Positions 53,208 through 64,000 of a stretch of 64,000 bases of DNA are shown here, one piece after another. The DNA lies in assembly GCA_017414645.1 (NCBI GenBank), contig JAFQLL010000017.1, positions 6,057-70,056 of the forward strand. Reading direction: 5' to 3'. A model generated the notes under the pieces. It had not been told where the DNA came from, did not search any database, and saw only the letters and a program-made list of their open reading frames with translations. Position 1 is the first letter of the stretch. Every line of letters starts with the position of its first letter. The translations under genes were made by a program, and so were the position numbers. This stretch comes from Clostridia bacterium. Lineage in GTDB: Bacteria > Bacillota > Clostridia > UMGS1883.

Positions 53208-54519
53208 AATAGGCTTTGTATCATTAGGTTGCAGTAAAAACCTTGTTGATACCGAAAACATGATAGGCATTATGGTAAAAGAGGGCTACACCGTTGTGTC
53301 AGACCCTGCCCATGCCGACATAATTGTTGTAAACACCTGTGGCTTTATCGACTCTGCCAAGGAAGAAGCAATAGCAACCCTTCTTGAAATGGCTCAGTTT
53401 AAAGAGGGTAACTGCAAACTTTTAGTTTGCGCAGGGTGCCTTGCTCAGCGCTACAGCGAAGAAATTAAGGCAGAGCTTCCCGAGGTTGACGTTATCTTAG
53501 GCACAGGAAGCTATAAAGACATTGCCGTAGCCATTGCCGAGGCTAAGGAAAAAGGCAGAAGCCAATACCTTTCCGACATAAACTTCGAAATAGGCGAAGA
53601 GGAGAGGGTACGGACAACACCCGGCTATATGGCATACATAAAAATAGGCGAGGGCTGCGACAACTTCTGCACCTATTGCGCCATTCCTTCCATAAGAGGC
53701 CGCTACAGAAGCCGCAAAATGGAAGCAATTGTAGCCGAGGCTGCAAAAATGGCAGAGGAGGGCGTAAAGGAAATTATTCTTGTTGCACAGGACACCACCC
53801 GCTACGGAATGGACCTTTACGGCGAAAAAAAGCTGCCCGAGCTTTTGAGAAGGCTTTGTGCCATTGAAAAAATAAAGTGGGTGAGGGTTCATTACTGCTA
53901 CCCCGAAGCTATCGACGACGAGCTTATTGAAACCTTTAAAAACGAAGACAAGCTTGTAAAATATTTGGATATTCCCGTTCAGCACGGCTGTGACAGTGTG
54001 TTAAAGCGCATGGGCAGGAAAACCACCCGTGCCCAGATTCTTGACAGGGTTAAGCTTTTAAGAGAGCGTGTGCCAAATATAACCTTAAGAACAAGCATCA
54101 TTGCAGGCTTCCCCGGTGAAACCGAGGAAGAATTTCAAAGCCTTTTAGATTTTGTTAAGGAAGCGCAGTTTGACCGCATGGGTGTTTTTGCTTACTCAAA
54201 GGAGGAGGGCACACCTGCCGCCCGTCTTCCCAATCAGATAGACGACGATGTTAAAGAGGCAAGGCGTGAAGCTGTTATGGAATTAGCAAAAGAAATTTCT
54301 TTAAAGCGAAACGAAGCCATGCTTGGAAAGACTTTGGAGGTTTTAGTTGAAGGCTTTGAAGATAACCTCTATTTCGGGCGAAGCGGCGGCGAAAGTGTAG
54401 ATGTTGACCCCAAAATTTACTTCGGCTCCTTAGAGGAGCTTACCGAGGGCGACTTTATAAAAGTTAAAATAGTTAATTTCGACGAATACGACCTTTACGG
54501 CGAACAAGTGGAGGAATAA
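53200..54519 (+). CDS. rimO: Ribosomal protein S12 methylthiotransferase
   Basis: UPF0004 N-domain (SLGCSKN), radical SAM CDNFCTYC, TRAM C-terminus. Start set at ATG 53200. Confidence 0.92.
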   Translation: MNKIGFVSLGCSKNLVDTENMIGIMVKEGYTVVSDPAHADIIVVNTCGFIDSAKEEAIATLLEMAQFKEGNCKLLVCAGCLAQRYSEEIKAELPEVDVILGTGSYKDIAVAIAEAKEKGRSQYLSDINFEIGEEERVRTTPGYMAYIKIGEGCDNFCTYCAIPSIRGRYRSRKMEAIVAEAAKMAEEGVKEIILVAQDTTRYGMDLYGEKKLPELLRRLCAIEKIKWVRVHYCYPEAIDDELIETFKNEDKLVKYLDIPVQHGCDSVLKRMGRKTTRAQILDRVKLLRERVPNITLRTSIIAGFPGETEEEFQSLLDFVKEAQFDRMGVFAYSKEEGTPAARLPNQIDDDVKEARREAVMELAKEISLKRNEAMLGKTLEVLVEGFEDNLYFGRSGGESVDVDPKIYFGSLEELTEGDFIKVKIVNFDEYDLYGEQVEE

Positions 54520-54521
54520 TT

Positions 54522-55049
54522 ATGAACTTACCTAACAAATTAACACTTTTAAGAATAGTTTTAGTGCCTGTTTGTATGGCACTTATGCTCACAGGGCATT
54601 TTTACATTGCATTGGGCGTTTTCATTGTGGCATCAATTACCGACTTTTTAGACGGCTACATTGCCCGCAAAAACAACCTTGTAACAAGCTTTGGCAAAAT
54701 TATGGACCCTCTTGCCGACAAAATACTTGTGTTCGGTGCACTTTTATGCTTCTTACAGCTTGGCTTTATCAATTCCTGGTGCGTGGCAATCATTCTTGCG
54801 AGAGAATTTTTTGTTACAGGCATGAGAGTTGTTGCTGTTGACAAGGGCAAGGTTATTGCTGCTTCCTGGTGGGGCAAGGTAAAAACAAATGTGCAGATGT
54901 TTGCCGTTATGTTTGGCTTCTTAGCCTTTTCACAGGACTCCGCTGCCCTCATTTTAGCCGGGCAGATAGCTATCTACATTGCAACAGCCTTTACTGCTGC
55001 AAGCTGGGTTGCATACATTTTTGAAAACATCGAAGTGTTTAAAGACTGA
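54522..55049 (+). CDS. pgsA: CDP-diacylglycerol--glycerol-3-phosphate 3-phosphatidyltransferase
   Basis: CDP-alcohol phosphotransferase motif DGYIAR...G...DPLADK. Confidence 0.93.
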   Translation: MNLPNKLTLLRIVLVPVCMALMLTGHFYIALGVFIVASITDFLDGYIARKNNLVTSFGKIMDPLADKILVFGALLCFLQLGFINSWCVAIILAREFFVTGMRVVAVDKGKVIAASWWGKVKTNVQMFAVMFGFLAFSQDSAALILAGQIAIYIATAFTAASWVAYIFENIEVFKD

Positions 55050-55061
55050 GGAGATAAAGTT

Positions 55062-55775
55062 ATGAACATAGCTCTTATTATTGCAGGCGGTGTAGGCAAC
55101 CGCATGGGTCAGGACATTCCCAAGCAGTTTCTTAATGTTAACGACAAGCCTGTTATTGTTTATACAATGGAACGCTTCCAGAATTGCGACGAAATCGACG
55201 TAATTGCCGTTGTGTGCATTGAAGGCTGGGAAACCATGCTTCAGGCATACGCAAACCAGTTCGGCATTGCAAAATTAAAGCACATTATCCCCGGCGGTGA
55301 AAATGGTCAGGGCAGCATCCGCAATGGTATTGAGGAACTTAGTAAGCACTACAATGAGGGCGACATTGTGCTCATTCACGATGCAATTCGTCCCATGGTT
55401 TCGGGCAAAATAATCAGCGACTGTATAGCTTCTGTTAAGGAATACGGCAGTGCCATTGTAACCATTCCCTGTCAGGAGGCAATGCTCGAAACAACAGACG
55501 GCAAAAGCACAAATAAGTCCTACCCTCGTGACAATTTAAAAAGAACACAAACCCCTCAGGGCTTTTTCCTTGGCGACATTGCACAAGCTCACAAGGAAGC
55601 ACTTGAAAAGGGCATTACAAACTCCGTTGCATCCTGCACAATGATGGTTGAACTGGGCAAAACAATTTACTTTTCACCCGGCAGCGAAAAGAACATTAAG
55701 CTTACAACTGTTGACGATATTGAAATTTTCAAGGCACTTCTTGCCGCAGAGAAAGATACGTGGTTAAAATGTTAG
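55062..55775 (+). CDS. IspD/TarI-family cytidylyltransferase
   Basis: N-terminal AGGVGNRMG...PKQF motif. Confidence 0.85.
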   Translation: MNIALIIAGGVGNRMGQDIPKQFLNVNDKPVIVYTMERFQNCDEIDVIAVVCIEGWETMLQAYANQFGIAKLKHIIPGGENGQGSIRNGIEELSKHYNEGDIVLIHDAIRPMVSGKIISDCIASVKEYGSAIVTIPCQEAMLETTDGKSTNKSYPRDNLKRTQTPQGFFLGDIAQAHKEALEKGITNSVASCTMMVELGKTIYFSPGSEKNIKLTTVDDIEIFKALLAAEKDTWLKC

Positions 55776-56797
55776 AAAACAATCTAAAGTATTTGTCCGC
55801 TTTAAAAAGTGTAATAAACAAAAATATTGACGTATCAGAGCTTAGTAACAAGTCTGTTTTAATAACAGGTGCAACAGGGCTTATAGGTAAAGCGTTGGTT
55901 GACTACCTTCTTCTTTTAAATGACAGCGTTAAGGTTTACGCTGCATCAAGAAGCCTTGAAAGCTTTGAAAAAAGGTTTACAAAAAGAGAAAATCTCTACT
56001 ACTTTAATTACGACCTTGAAAAGCCTTTAGATACGGACATCCGTTTTGACTACATTATCCACGCTGCATCCAATGCGGACCCTAAAATGTTTGCTGCAGA
56101 CCCCGTGGGGACCATGACAAGCAACTTCATCGGCACACATAACCTTTTGGAATATGCCCGAAAAAATGACACAAAGCGGTTTTTGTTCGTTTCCTCGGGC
56201 GAGGTTTACGGCCAATGGGACGGCAAGTGTGATAGCTTTGAAGAAAGCTACTCGGGCTATGTAAACTTTACCGAAGCACGTGGCTGTTACCCCTCGGGTA
56301 AAAGAGCCGCCGAAAACCTTTGTGTGTGCTACAGTGCTCAATACGGTGTGGATACGGTTATTGTGCGACCGTCCCATACCTACGGCCCCACACAGCTTAA
56401 GCGCGACAGCAGAGCCATGAGCGAGTTTTTTAATTGCGCCATAGAGGGAAGGGACATTGTATTAAAAAGCCTTGGCTTGCCTGTGCGAAGCTACACCTGC
56501 GTTTTTGATGCTGTAAGCGGAATTATAACTGCTCTTTTAAAGGGCAAAAGCGGCGAGGCATATAACATCGCAAATAAAGAAAGCGTTGTTTCCATTGCCG
56601 ACCTTGCAAAAAAAATTGCCTCTACAGCCGGCAAAGAGGTTGTTTTCGACATTCCCCAGGGCGGCGTACAGGGGGCAGGCAGTATTGTACGTGGCGTTCT
56701 TAACGGCAGTAAATTAGAAGCAATCGGCTGGAATCCTGTGTATGACATCAACAAGGGAGTAAAGGCAACCTACGAAATTATGGAGGGCGAAAAATGA
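55769..56797 (+). CDS. NAD-dependent epimerase/dehydratase (SDR)
   Basis: GATGLIGKAL Rossmann motif; YxxxK (YPSGKRAAE). ATG 55769 preferred over GTG 55760. Confidence 0.85.
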   Translation: MLENNLKYLSALKSVINKNIDVSELSNKSVLITGATGLIGKALVDYLLLLNDSVKVYAASRSLESFEKRFTKRENLYYFNYDLEKPLDTDIRFDYIIHAASNADPKMFAADPVGTMTSNFIGTHNLLEYARKNDTKRFLFVSSGEVYGQWDGKCDSFEESYSGYVNFTEARGCYPSGKRAAENLCVCYSAQYGVDTVIVRPSHTYGPTQLKRDSRAMSEFFNCAIEGRDIVLKSLGLPVRSYTCVFDAVSGIITALLKGKSGEAYNIANKESVVSIADLAKKIASTAGKEVVFDIPQGGVQGAGSIVRGVLNGSKLEAIGWNPVYDINKGVKATYEIMEGEK

Positions 56798-57234
56798 ACG
56801 AAATGAATGTTAACCTTAAAGCGCTTTTAGACAAAGAGGACTGGCTCATAACAAGCCTTTCAAATGCCTCTGCGCTTTTGAACGAATATCTTGACAACAT
56901 TAACTGGGTGGGCTTTTACCTCATGCAGAACGGCGAGTTGGTGCTTGGTCCCTTTCAGGGTAAAAGCGCCTGTGTACGCATAAAGGTGGGCAGAGGCGTT
57001 TGCGGCACAGCCGTAAGCGAGGATAAAACCCAGCTTGTGCCCGACGTGCATCAGTTCCCCGGGCACATTGCCTGCGACAGCGCATCAAACAGTGAAATCG
57101 TTGTGCCTATTCACTTTGGTGGCGAGGTTGTGGCAGTACTCGACATCGACAGCCCACTCTTTAACCGCTTTACTGAAGAAGATAAAGTTAACTTGGAAGA
57201 AAGCGCAAAAATTATTGAAGAAATATGGAAGTAA
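56794..57234 (+). CDS. GAF-domain protein (free Met-(R)-sulfoxide reductase family)
   Basis: WVGFY...G.F.G...C..I..G.GVCG pattern of the MsrC/YebR family. Confidence 0.82.
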   Translation: MNEMNVNLKALLDKEDWLITSLSNASALLNEYLDNINWVGFYLMQNGELVLGPFQGKSACVRIKVGRGVCGTAVSEDKTQLVPDVHQFPGHIACDSASNSEIVVPIHFGGEVVAVLDIDSPLFNRFTEEDKVNLEESAKIIEEIWK

Positions 57235-57276
57235 AAAAATGCACCTCAGGCGTGTTCGCCTGAGGTGCATTTTTTC
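57234..57276 (+). terminator. Rho-independent terminator
   Basis: AAAAAATGCACCTCAGGCG-TGTT-CGCCTGAGGTGCATTTTTT. Confidence 0.85.
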
Positions 57277-57298
57277 TTTTAAAAGGTAAATAGTACTA

Positions 57299-57327
57299 TT
57301 GAAATTTTTCTTAATAGGTGATATAAT
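57299..57327 (+). promoter_or_regulatory. uvrB promoter (TTGAAA-17-TATAAT)
   Basis: Hexamers read directly. A 10-bp stem-loop follows in the 5' UTR (57356-57380). Confidence 0.55.
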
Positions 57328-57446
57328 AATCTGTACTAAAATTTTCGGTGGTGATAGGGTGAAGCCTCACCTTATCATCCCCCGTAAGTGCGTATAAAAG
57401 TGTTTTTGTAATTTATATTTGTGGCAGAAAGGCTATGTGAATTAAT

Positions 57447-59393
57447 ATGGATAAGTTCATTCTTCATTCAGAATATTCTCCCTCGGGCGACCAGCCACAG
57501 GCTATTGAAAAGCTTGCAAAGGGCATAAAAAGGGGCGAAAAGGGGCAAATTCTTTTAGGTGTTACAGGCTCAGGTAAAACCTTTACCATTGCCAACGTAA
57601 TTGAAAAGGTAAACAAACCCACTTTGGTTCTTGCCCACAATAAAACCCTTGCGGCACAGCTTTGCAGCGAGTTTAAAGAATTCTTTCCCGAAAACGCAGT
57701 AGAATACTTTGTTTCATATTATGACTACTATCAGCCCGAAGCCTACGTTGCAGCAAGCGACACCTACATCGAAAAGGATGCACAGCTCAACGAGGAAATC
57801 GACAAGCTCCGACACAGTGCAACAATGGCGCTCTTTGAACGCCGTGACGTTATTGTTGTGGCATCGGTAAGCTGCATTTACGGCTTAGGTGACCCTGAGG
57901 ACTATTCAACCATGGTAATTTCCCTTCGCCCGGGCATGATTAAAGACCGTGACGAGGTTATAAAACGCCTTATCGAAATGCAGTACGAGCGAAACGACAT
58001 TAACTTTGTGCGCGGTAAGTTCCGTGTGCATGGCGACGTTTTGGAGGTTTTTCCCTCAACAAGCGGCGAGTCGGCTGTAAGGATTGAGTTCTTCGGCGAT
58101 GAAATCGACCGCATAAGCGAAATCGACACCTTAACAGGCGAAATCATCGGTGTGCGAGACCACATTGGCATATATCCTGCATCTCATTATGTAACAACAA
58201 AGGAAAAGCGGGAAACTGCCATTGCTTCCATCCGCGAGGAGCTGGACAAAAGAGTTGAATTTTTCCGTAATGAGGGCAAGCTTTTAGAGGCTCAGCGCAT
58301 TTTGGAAAGAACAGAATACGATATTGAAATGATGCGTGAAATAGGCTATTGCTCAGGCATTGAAAACTATTCACGCCACATATCAGGCAGAAAACCCGGC
58401 AGTGCACCCTACACACTTTTAGACTATTTCCCCGACGACTTTTTGCTTGTTATCGACGAAAGCCACGTTACGGTTTCTCAGGTAAGAGCAATGTATGCAG
58501 GGGACAGAAGCCGTAAGGACAGCTTAGTTGAATACGGCTTCCGCTTGCCCTCGGCTTACGATAACCGTCCACTTACCTTCAAGGAATTTGAAGATAGAAT
58601 AAACCAGGTTGTGTTTGTAAGTGCAACACCTGCCCAGTACGAAAAGGAGCATAGCAGTGCCATTGCAGAGCAGCTCATCCGTCCCACAGGTCTTTTAGAC
58701 CCATCGGTTACGGTAAGGGCTGTTGAAGGTCAGATTGATGATTTATTAAGTGAAATTTACAAGCGCACCGAAAAGAACGAAAGGGTGCTTGTAACAACCC
58801 TTACCAAAAAAATGGCGGAGGATTTAACCGACTATCTTGCAGGCATGGGCGTGAGGGTAAAATACATGCATTCCGACGTTGAAACAATGGAGCGAATGGA
58901 AATAATCCGCGACCTTCGTTTAGGTGTGTTCGACGTGCTTGTGGGCATTAACCTTTTAAGAGAAGGGTTAGACCTTCCGGAGGTAAGCCTGGTTGCAATC
59001 CTCGATGCCGATAAGGAAGGCTTCCTTAGAAGCGAAACAAGCCTTATCCAGACCATTGGCCGTGCAGCGAGAAATGAACACGGTGAGGTTATTATGTATG
59101 CCGACCACATTACCGACTCCATGCGCCGTGCCATCGACGAAACAAACAGAAGGCGAAATGTGCAGGACGAATACAATAAAGCAAACAACATAACACCAAA
59201 GAGCATTGTAAAGGCAATTGCCGAAACAATCGCCGCAGTCCACGAGGAAAAGAACGAAGACAAACCAAGCGATACAGATGCAATTATTGAAAAGCTTAAG
59301 GTGGCAATGCTTCAGGCATCGGAAGAACTCAGGTTCGAGGATGCCGCAAGAATACGCGACCGCATTCTTAAGCTTAAACGAGACAAGGGGTGA
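57447..59393 (+). CDS. uvrB: Excinuclease ABC subunit B
   Basis: GVTGSGKTF Walker A, helicase motifs, C-terminal UVR domain. Confidence 0.97.
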   Translation: MDKFILHSEYSPSGDQPQAIEKLAKGIKRGEKGQILLGVTGSGKTFTIANVIEKVNKPTLVLAHNKTLAAQLCSEFKEFFPENAVEYFVSYYDYYQPEAYVAASDTYIEKDAQLNEEIDKLRHSATMALFERRDVIVVASVSCIYGLGDPEDYSTMVISLRPGMIKDRDEVIKRLIEMQYERNDINFVRGKFRVHGDVLEVFPSTSGESAVRIEFFGDEIDRISEIDTLTGEIIGVRDHIGIYPASHYVTTKEKRETAIASIREELDKRVEFFRNEGKLLEAQRILERTEYDIEMMREIGYCSGIENYSRHISGRKPGSAPYTLLDYFPDDFLLVIDESHVTVSQVRAMYAGDRSRKDSLVEYGFRLPSAYDNRPLTFKEFEDRINQVVFVSATPAQYEKEHSSAIAEQLIRPTGLLDPSVTVRAVEGQIDDLLSEIYKRTEKNERVLVTTLTKKMAEDLTDYLAGMGVRVKYMHSDVETMERMEIIRDLRLGVFDVLVGINLLREGLDLPEVSLVAILDADKEGFLRSETSLIQTIGRAARNEHGEVIMYADHITDSMRRAIDETNRRRNVQDEYNKANNITPKSIVKAIAETIAAVHEEKNEDKPSDTDAIIEKLKVAMLQASEELRFEDAARIRDRILKLKRDKG

Positions 59394-59398
59394 ATTAA

Positions 59399-62239
59399 AT
59401 GATAAGTGATTATATTAAGGTGCGTGGCGCAAGAGCCAACAATTTAAAAAACGTAAGCCTTAAAATACCCAGAAATAAGCTTACAGTATTCACGGGTGTA
59501 TCGGGCTCGGGTAAAACAAGCCTTGCCTTCGACACCATTTTTGCAGAGGGTCAGCGCCGATACGTTGAGTCCTTATCAGCATACGCGCGCCAGTTCTTAG
59601 GGCAAATGGAAAAGCCCGACGTTGACGACATTGAGGGCTTGTCGCCTGCAATATGTATCGACCAGAAAACAACCAGCAAAAACCCCCGTTCAACGGTGGG
59701 CACCGTTACTGAAATATACGACTATATGAGGCTTCTCTATGCCCGCTGTGGCACACCTCATTGCCCCAAGTGCGGAAAAGTAATCGAAAAGCAGTCTATC
59801 GACCAGATCGTTGACAAGGTTATGGCACTGCCCGAAAGAAGCCGTATACAAATCCTTGCGCCTGTTATAAGGGCAAAAAAGGGCGAGCATCAGAAAATTT
59901 TTGAAAATGCAAAAAAGAGCGGTTATGTAAGAGTAAGGGTTGACGGCATAATGTACGAATTGAGCGAAAGCTTTGCCCTTAACAAGCAGCAGCGCCATAA
60001 CATTGAAATTGTTATCGACCGTTTAATTGTAAAAGAGGAAATACGAAGCCGTCTCACACAGTCCTTGGAATTGGGGCTTCATCTTGCAGGCGGTATGGTA
60101 ATTGTTCTTACCGAGGAAGACGAAATTCTCTTCAGCCAGAACTATGCCTGCCCCGATTGCGAAATAAGCATCGACGAGTTTTCACCCAGAACCTTTTCCT
60201 TCAACAGCCCCTTCGGTGCATGCCCTGTGTGCTCGGGCTTAGGTGTTCTTAAAAAGATTGACCCACGTCTTGTGCTTGTTTCAAGTGAGCTGTCGATTTT
60301 AGAGGGTGCCTTTGCTGTAAGCGGCTGGCGTGCAGCCGACAAAGACACCTCCGTTGCAAACGCAGTTTATAAAGCGCTAAGCAAAAAGTACGGCTTCAAC
60401 CTTAATGCCCCCGTTAAAAACCTGCCCCGTGAGGTTATACAAATCATTCTCTACGGAACAGGGAAGGACACCATCGAGGTTGAGTATGTAAGTGAAAACG
60501 GCAATGTTCGCAACAGAAACATACAATTCGAAGGCCTGGTTAACAACCTGCAAAGAAAATATGACCACACCACCTCCGAATGGGTTAAGATGGACATCGA
60601 AGGCTTAATGCGCGAAACCCCCTGCGATGCCTGTCAGGGCAAAAGGCTTAAAAAGGAGACCCTGGCGGTAACCGTAGGCGGCAAGAACATCCACGAGCTT
60701 TGCGACATGGCAATAAGCGACGAGGTCGAGTTTGTTAAAAATCTGCCATCCGAGTTTTCCGACATGCAGAAAACAATCTCCGAGCAGATTATTAAGGAAA
60801 TTGTTCTGCGCCTTGAATTCTTGCGTAATGTAGGGTTGGAATACCTTACCCTCACACGCTCCTCGGGAACGCTCTCGGGTGGCGAAGCACAGCGAATTCG
60901 TCTTGCAACACAAATCGGCTCAGGTCTTGTGGGCGTTATGTACATTCTCGACGAGCCCAGCATAGGTCTCCATCAGCGAGACAACGGCAAGCTTCTTGCA
61001 TCATTAAAAAAGCTTCGTGATTTAGGCAACACCTTAATTGTTGTTGAACACGACGAGGACACCATGCGAGAGGCCGACCACATTGTTGACGTTGGCCCCT
61101 TGGCAGGCATTCATGGCGGCGAAATAATTGCCGAAGGCACCTGGGAAGAAATTTCTGAGTGTGAAAATTCCCTCACGGGCGCATACCTTTCCGGCAGAAA
61201 GAAAATCCCTGTGCCAATTAAAAGGCGAAAGGGCAACGGCAAAACTCTCATTGTGCGAGGTGCACAGGAAAACAACCTTAAAGAAATCGACGTTACAATT
61301 CCCTTAGGCAAGTTTGTTTGTGTTACGGGCGTATCAGGCAGCGGCAAGTCGAGTTTAGTTAACAGCGTGCTTTATAACCGCCTTGCCTACGAGCTTAACC
61401 GTGCCCATACGGTGGCAGGTAAGCATAAGGGCATAGAAGGGCTTGAACACCTGGACAAGGTTATAAACATCGACCAGTCGCCCATAGGCAGAACACCCAG
61501 AAGTAACCCTGCAACCTACACAGGTCTTTTCAGCGACATACGCGAGCTTTTTGCACAAACACCCGATGCAAAGGCACGTGGCTACCTTGCAGGTCGATTC
61601 TCCTTTAACGTACGCGGCGGAAGATGCGAAGCATGTTCAGGTGACGGCATTTTGAAAATTGAAATGCACTTTTTGCCCGACGTTTACGTGCCCTGTGAGG
61701 TTTGTAAGGGCAAGCGCTACAACCGTGAAACCTTAGAGGTCAAGTTCAAGGGCAAGAGCATTGCCGACATATTGGAAATGACAGTTGACGAGGGCGTTGA
61801 GTTCTTTGAAAGCATTCCCAAAATTAAAAGAAAGCTTGAAGTATTGCAGGACGTTGGCTTAGGCTATATAAAAATAGGTCAACCCTCCACAACTCTTTCC
61901 GGTGGCGAAGCACAGCGTGTTAAGCTTGCAACAGAGCTTGCAAAACGGCCTACAGGCAAAACCATTTACATTCTTGACGAGCCTACAACAGGTCTTCACA
62001 CAGCAGACGTGCACCGTCTTATAACAATGCTTAATAAGCTTGTTGACAGCGGTAACACCATTGTTGTTATTGAACACAACCTCGACGTTATAAAGAGCGC
62101 CGACCACATTATCGACATGGGCCCCGAGGGCGGCAATGCAGGCGGTCAGGTTGTAGCAACAGGCACCCCCGAAGAGGTAAGTAAATGCGAAAAGTCCTAC
62201 ACAGGTCAGTTCCTTGCAAAGATGCTTAATCAAGAATAA
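59399..62239 (+). CDS. uvrA: Excinuclease ABC subunit A
   Basis: Two ABC modules (GVSGSGKSS twice, LSGGEAQR twice) plus zinc fingers. Confidence 0.97.
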   Translation: MISDYIKVRGARANNLKNVSLKIPRNKLTVFTGVSGSGKTSLAFDTIFAEGQRRYVESLSAYARQFLGQMEKPDVDDIEGLSPAICIDQKTTSKNPRSTVGTVTEIYDYMRLLYARCGTPHCPKCGKVIEKQSIDQIVDKVMALPERSRIQILAPVIRAKKGEHQKIFENAKKSGYVRVRVDGIMYELSESFALNKQQRHNIEIVIDRLIVKEEIRSRLTQSLELGLHLAGGMVIVLTEEDEILFSQNYACPDCEISIDEFSPRTFSFNSPFGACPVCSGLGVLKKIDPRLVLVSSELSILEGAFAVSGWRAADKDTSVANAVYKALSKKYGFNLNAPVKNLPREVIQIILYGTGKDTIEVEYVSENGNVRNRNIQFEGLVNNLQRKYDHTTSEWVKMDIEGLMRETPCDACQGKRLKKETLAVTVGGKNIHELCDMAISDEVEFVKNLPSEFSDMQKTISEQIIKEIVLRLEFLRNVGLEYLTLTRSSGTLSGGEAQRIRLATQIGSGLVGVMYILDEPSIGLHQRDNGKLLASLKKLRDLGNTLIVVEHDEDTMREADHIVDVGPLAGIHGGEIIAEGTWEEISECENSLTGAYLSGRKKIPVPIKRRKGNGKTLIVRGAQENNLKEIDVTIPLGKFVCVTGVSGSGKSSLVNSVLYNRLAYELNRAHTVAGKHKGIEGLEHLDKVINIDQSPIGRTPRSNPATYTGLFSDIRELFAQTPDAKARGYLAGRFSFNVRGGRCEACSGDGILKIEMHFLPDVYVPCEVCKGKRYNRETLEVKFKGKSIADILEMTVDEGVEFFESIPKIKRKLEVLQDVGLGYIKIGQPSTTLSGGEAQRVKLATELAKRPTGKTIYILDEPTTGLHTADVHRLITMLNKLVDSGNTIVVIEHNLDVIKSADHIIDMGPEGGNAGGQVVATGTPEEVSKCEKSYTGQFLAKMLNQE

Positions 62240-62242
62240 ATA

Positions 62243-62284
62243 AAGCCTCCTTTGAATATAAATTATTCAAGGGAGGTTTTTTGT
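62243..62284 (+). terminator. uvrA terminator
   Basis: AAGCCTCCTTTGAATA...TATTCAAGGGAGGTTTTTT. Confidence 0.8.
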
Positions 62285-62285
62285 T

Positions 62286-62555
62286 ATGGACGAAAAGATA
62301 CATAATGTCATGCTGGAGGACAGAAAAAGGCTCGCAATAACCCTTTGCAGCGAGGTTTTAAGCTTCGATGAAAACGAGGTTATAATTATGGCAGAGGGCG
62401 AGCAGATTGTTGTAAAAGGAAAGCTGCTGAAGGTTGAGGAGGTTTCAAAAACAAGCGGAAACGTTATTGTAACAGGCGAAAGCATTGACAGCATTGTTTA
62501 CATGAAGGGAAAAGCAAAAAGCAAGGAGGGCATATTCGGGAGGCTTTTAAAGTGA
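62286..62555 (+). CDS. yabP: Sporulation protein YabP
   Basis: 89 aa; YabP-family pattern (L.L..R..L...GV..V.SFD); precedes yabQ. Confidence 0.85.
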   Translation: MDEKIHNVMLEDRKRLAITLCSEVLSFDENEVIIMAEGEQIVVKGKLLKVEEVSKTSGNVIVTGESIDSIVYMKGKAKSKEGIFGRLLK

Positions 62556-63061
62556 TTGTATCAGACAGTGCTCAGGCGAGGGTTTTTCTTATATACGTCC
62601 TTGTGGGCATAGGGTGCATAATGCTATCAGATTGCTTTTTTGTTTTGCGCAAGTATTTCGGAAAAGGTAAATGGCATACAAATTTAATAGATGCAATTTA
62701 CTTTCTCATTGCGTTTCTTCTTGTTCTTTACGCAGGTGTGCGTTTTAATCTGGGTGCATTTCGTTATTATCAGCTTATGGGGCTTTTAATGGGCATGGCA
62801 ATTCAAAAGCTCATGTTATCTGCTGTTTGTCGAACTGTTTTCGATGTGATGTTTGTTTTTACTGTAAGGTGCACAGCCTGTGTGGCAGGTTTTTTGTGGA
62901 AGGGGGCAGCATTTGTTCTGGGCCTTTTCTTTCAAACAACCGATTTTGTTGAAAATAAAACTCTGCATTTTTGTAAAAAGGTAAAAAAACGCGCAACAAA
63001 GGTCAAATTAAAGAAACAAAAGGGACAAAAAACTGTAAAAAAAAGGCTTAAAATGATATAA
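62552..63061 (+). CDS. yabQ: Spore cortex biosynthesis protein YabQ
   Basis: Multi-TM protein with a Lys-rich tail, overlapping the yabP stop. Confidence 0.8.
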   Translation: MIVSDSAQARVFLIYVLVGIGCIMLSDCFFVLRKYFGKGKWHTNLIDAIYFLIAFLLVLYAGVRFNLGAFRYYQLMGLLMGMAIQKLMLSAVCRTVFDVMFVFTVRCTACVAGFLWKGAAFVLGLFFQTTDFVENKTLHFCKKVKKRATKVKLKKQKGQKTVKKRLKMI

Positions 63062-63127
63062 AAAACTCTTTACAAATGGAAAAAAAGGTGTATAATTAGG
63101 TTGTTATACAGAAGGTGGGGTATTGTA

Positions 63128-63403
63128 ATGAAAAACACAGCATTGATGTCAAAAAAAATTATTGGCAGAATGTTTTGGATTGTTGTCATCGTAATTACCG
63201 TAATCTGTCTGGTATCTCAGCAGTTTAAAATTAATAAATATGCTGAAGAGGTAGCAAGGCTTGAAGAAGAAAAAGCCGAATTACAGGACCGCAACGACGA
63301 GCTTTCAACAACTAACGAGCTCTCCGACGAGGACTATGAGCGTGCAGCCCGTGAACAGGGTTACGTGCGTCCCGATGAGGTCATTATAAAAGAGGCTGAG
63401 TAA
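63128..63403 (+). CDS. divIC: Septum formation initiator family protein (DivIC/FtsB)
   Basis: TM helix plus a coiled coil (EEVARLEEEKAELQDRNDEL). ATG 63128 lies behind AAGGTGG. Confidence 0.8.
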   Translation: MKNTALMSKKIIGRMFWIVVIVITVICLVSQQFKINKYAEEVARLEEEKAELQDRNDELSTTNELSDEDYERAAREQGYVRPDEVIIKEAE

Positions 63404-63443
63404 TTTAAGCATTGCTGCATACTGAAGGGAGATAAGTTCATAA

Positions 63444-63872
63444 ATGGCTTTGGAAATTGGCGCAATTGTTGAAGGTAAGGTTTCAGGTATTACAGCTTTT
63501 GGTGCATTTGTTGATTTGCCCGAGGGCAAAACCGGTCTTGTACATATTTCGGAGGTTGCCCGTAACTATGTTAAGGACATAAAGGAGCACCTCACAATTG
63601 GACAGGTTGTAAAAGTAAAAATTCTTACTATGGATCAGGGCGGTAAAATCAGCTTGTCTATAAAGAAGGCTGTAGAACCCCGTGCAAAGGCTCCTGCTTT
63701 TTCAGGTGCACCTGCCGAGGTTGATTTTACACGCAAGTCTGACGAGCAGTTTATGGCGCTCTCTTTTGAAGAAAAGATGGCAAAATTCAAATCTACCAGC
63801 GACGAAAGAATGCAGGATATTAAGCGCAATACCGATTCTAAGCGCGGTAGCTACAGAAGAGGAAACAACTGA
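63444..63872 (+). CDS. yabR: S1 RNA-binding domain protein
   Basis: S1 motif G.IV.GKV..I..FGAFV.L..G..GLVHISE. Confidence 0.88.
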   Translation: MALEIGAIVEGKVSGITAFGAFVDLPEGKTGLVHISEVARNYVKDIKEHLTIGQVVKVKILTMDQGGKISLSIKKAVEPRAKAPAFSGAPAEVDFTRKSDEQFMALSFEEKMAKFKSTSDERMQDIKRNTDSKRGSYRRGNN

Positions 63873-63873
63873 T

Positions 63874-63904
63874 AAAAAAAAGGTCCACATATGTGGACCT
63901 TTTT
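63874..63904 (+). terminator. Rho-independent terminator
   Basis: AAAAAAAAGGTCCACATATGTGGACCTTTTT. Confidence 0.85.
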
Positions 63905-64000
63905 AAGTAACAGGGAATAGTGAATAGGGAATAAGTAATGAAAAAACACAGCGCAAGCTGTGTTTTTTCTCTTTAAAAGAAGCGAACCTTCTTTGCAATT

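Noticed and set aside
57236-57446. LexA/Cheo box (CGAAC-N4-GTTCG) upstream of uvrB and uvrA
   Set aside because: No GAAC-N4-GTTC-type motif appears in the promoter region. The only GTTCG lies inside the upstream terminator stem.

Overview
This window looks like chromosome from a spore-forming Firmicute, probably Clostridia-like. Evidence for that: sigG with a forespore-type promoter, yabP/yabQ/divIC/yabR, ricT(yaaT), ilvBNC and uvrBA. Most of it is ordinary housekeeping synteny, but there are two accessory regions.

(1) A ~7.2-kb element is integrated into the 3' end of tRNA-Lys(UUU), the last gene of a five-tRNA operon. It is bounded by 47-bp perfect direct repeats at 11527-11573 and 18742-18788. 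It carries a tyrosine integrase, a WYL regulator, an SLH protein, a small serine recombinase with res-like sites, and a leftward replication-type module. In that module, three translationally coupled genes carry five in-frame stops, and all five are TAG. Directly after attR lies a 3.3-copy tandem array of ~255-bp units whose hairpins covary.

(2) A ~9.4-kb operon that looks AT-rich by eye encodes an ECF sigma, an anti-sigma, two secreted proteins, a 1857-aa RHS/YD toxin with an unassigned 187-aa C-terminal domain, and a membrane-anchored beta-propeller.

Other observations are two families of structured intergenic repeats (a GTGAAGTT/AACTTCAC 'ladder' with 2 copies, and a 130-210-nt element with 3 copies), a candidate leader-peptide attenuator upstream of ilvB, and several promoter/operator palindromes. 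I saw no CRISPR array, rRNA gene or cas genes. All coordinates were derived by hand from the sequence. No database search was possible, so family names rest on recognised motifs only.
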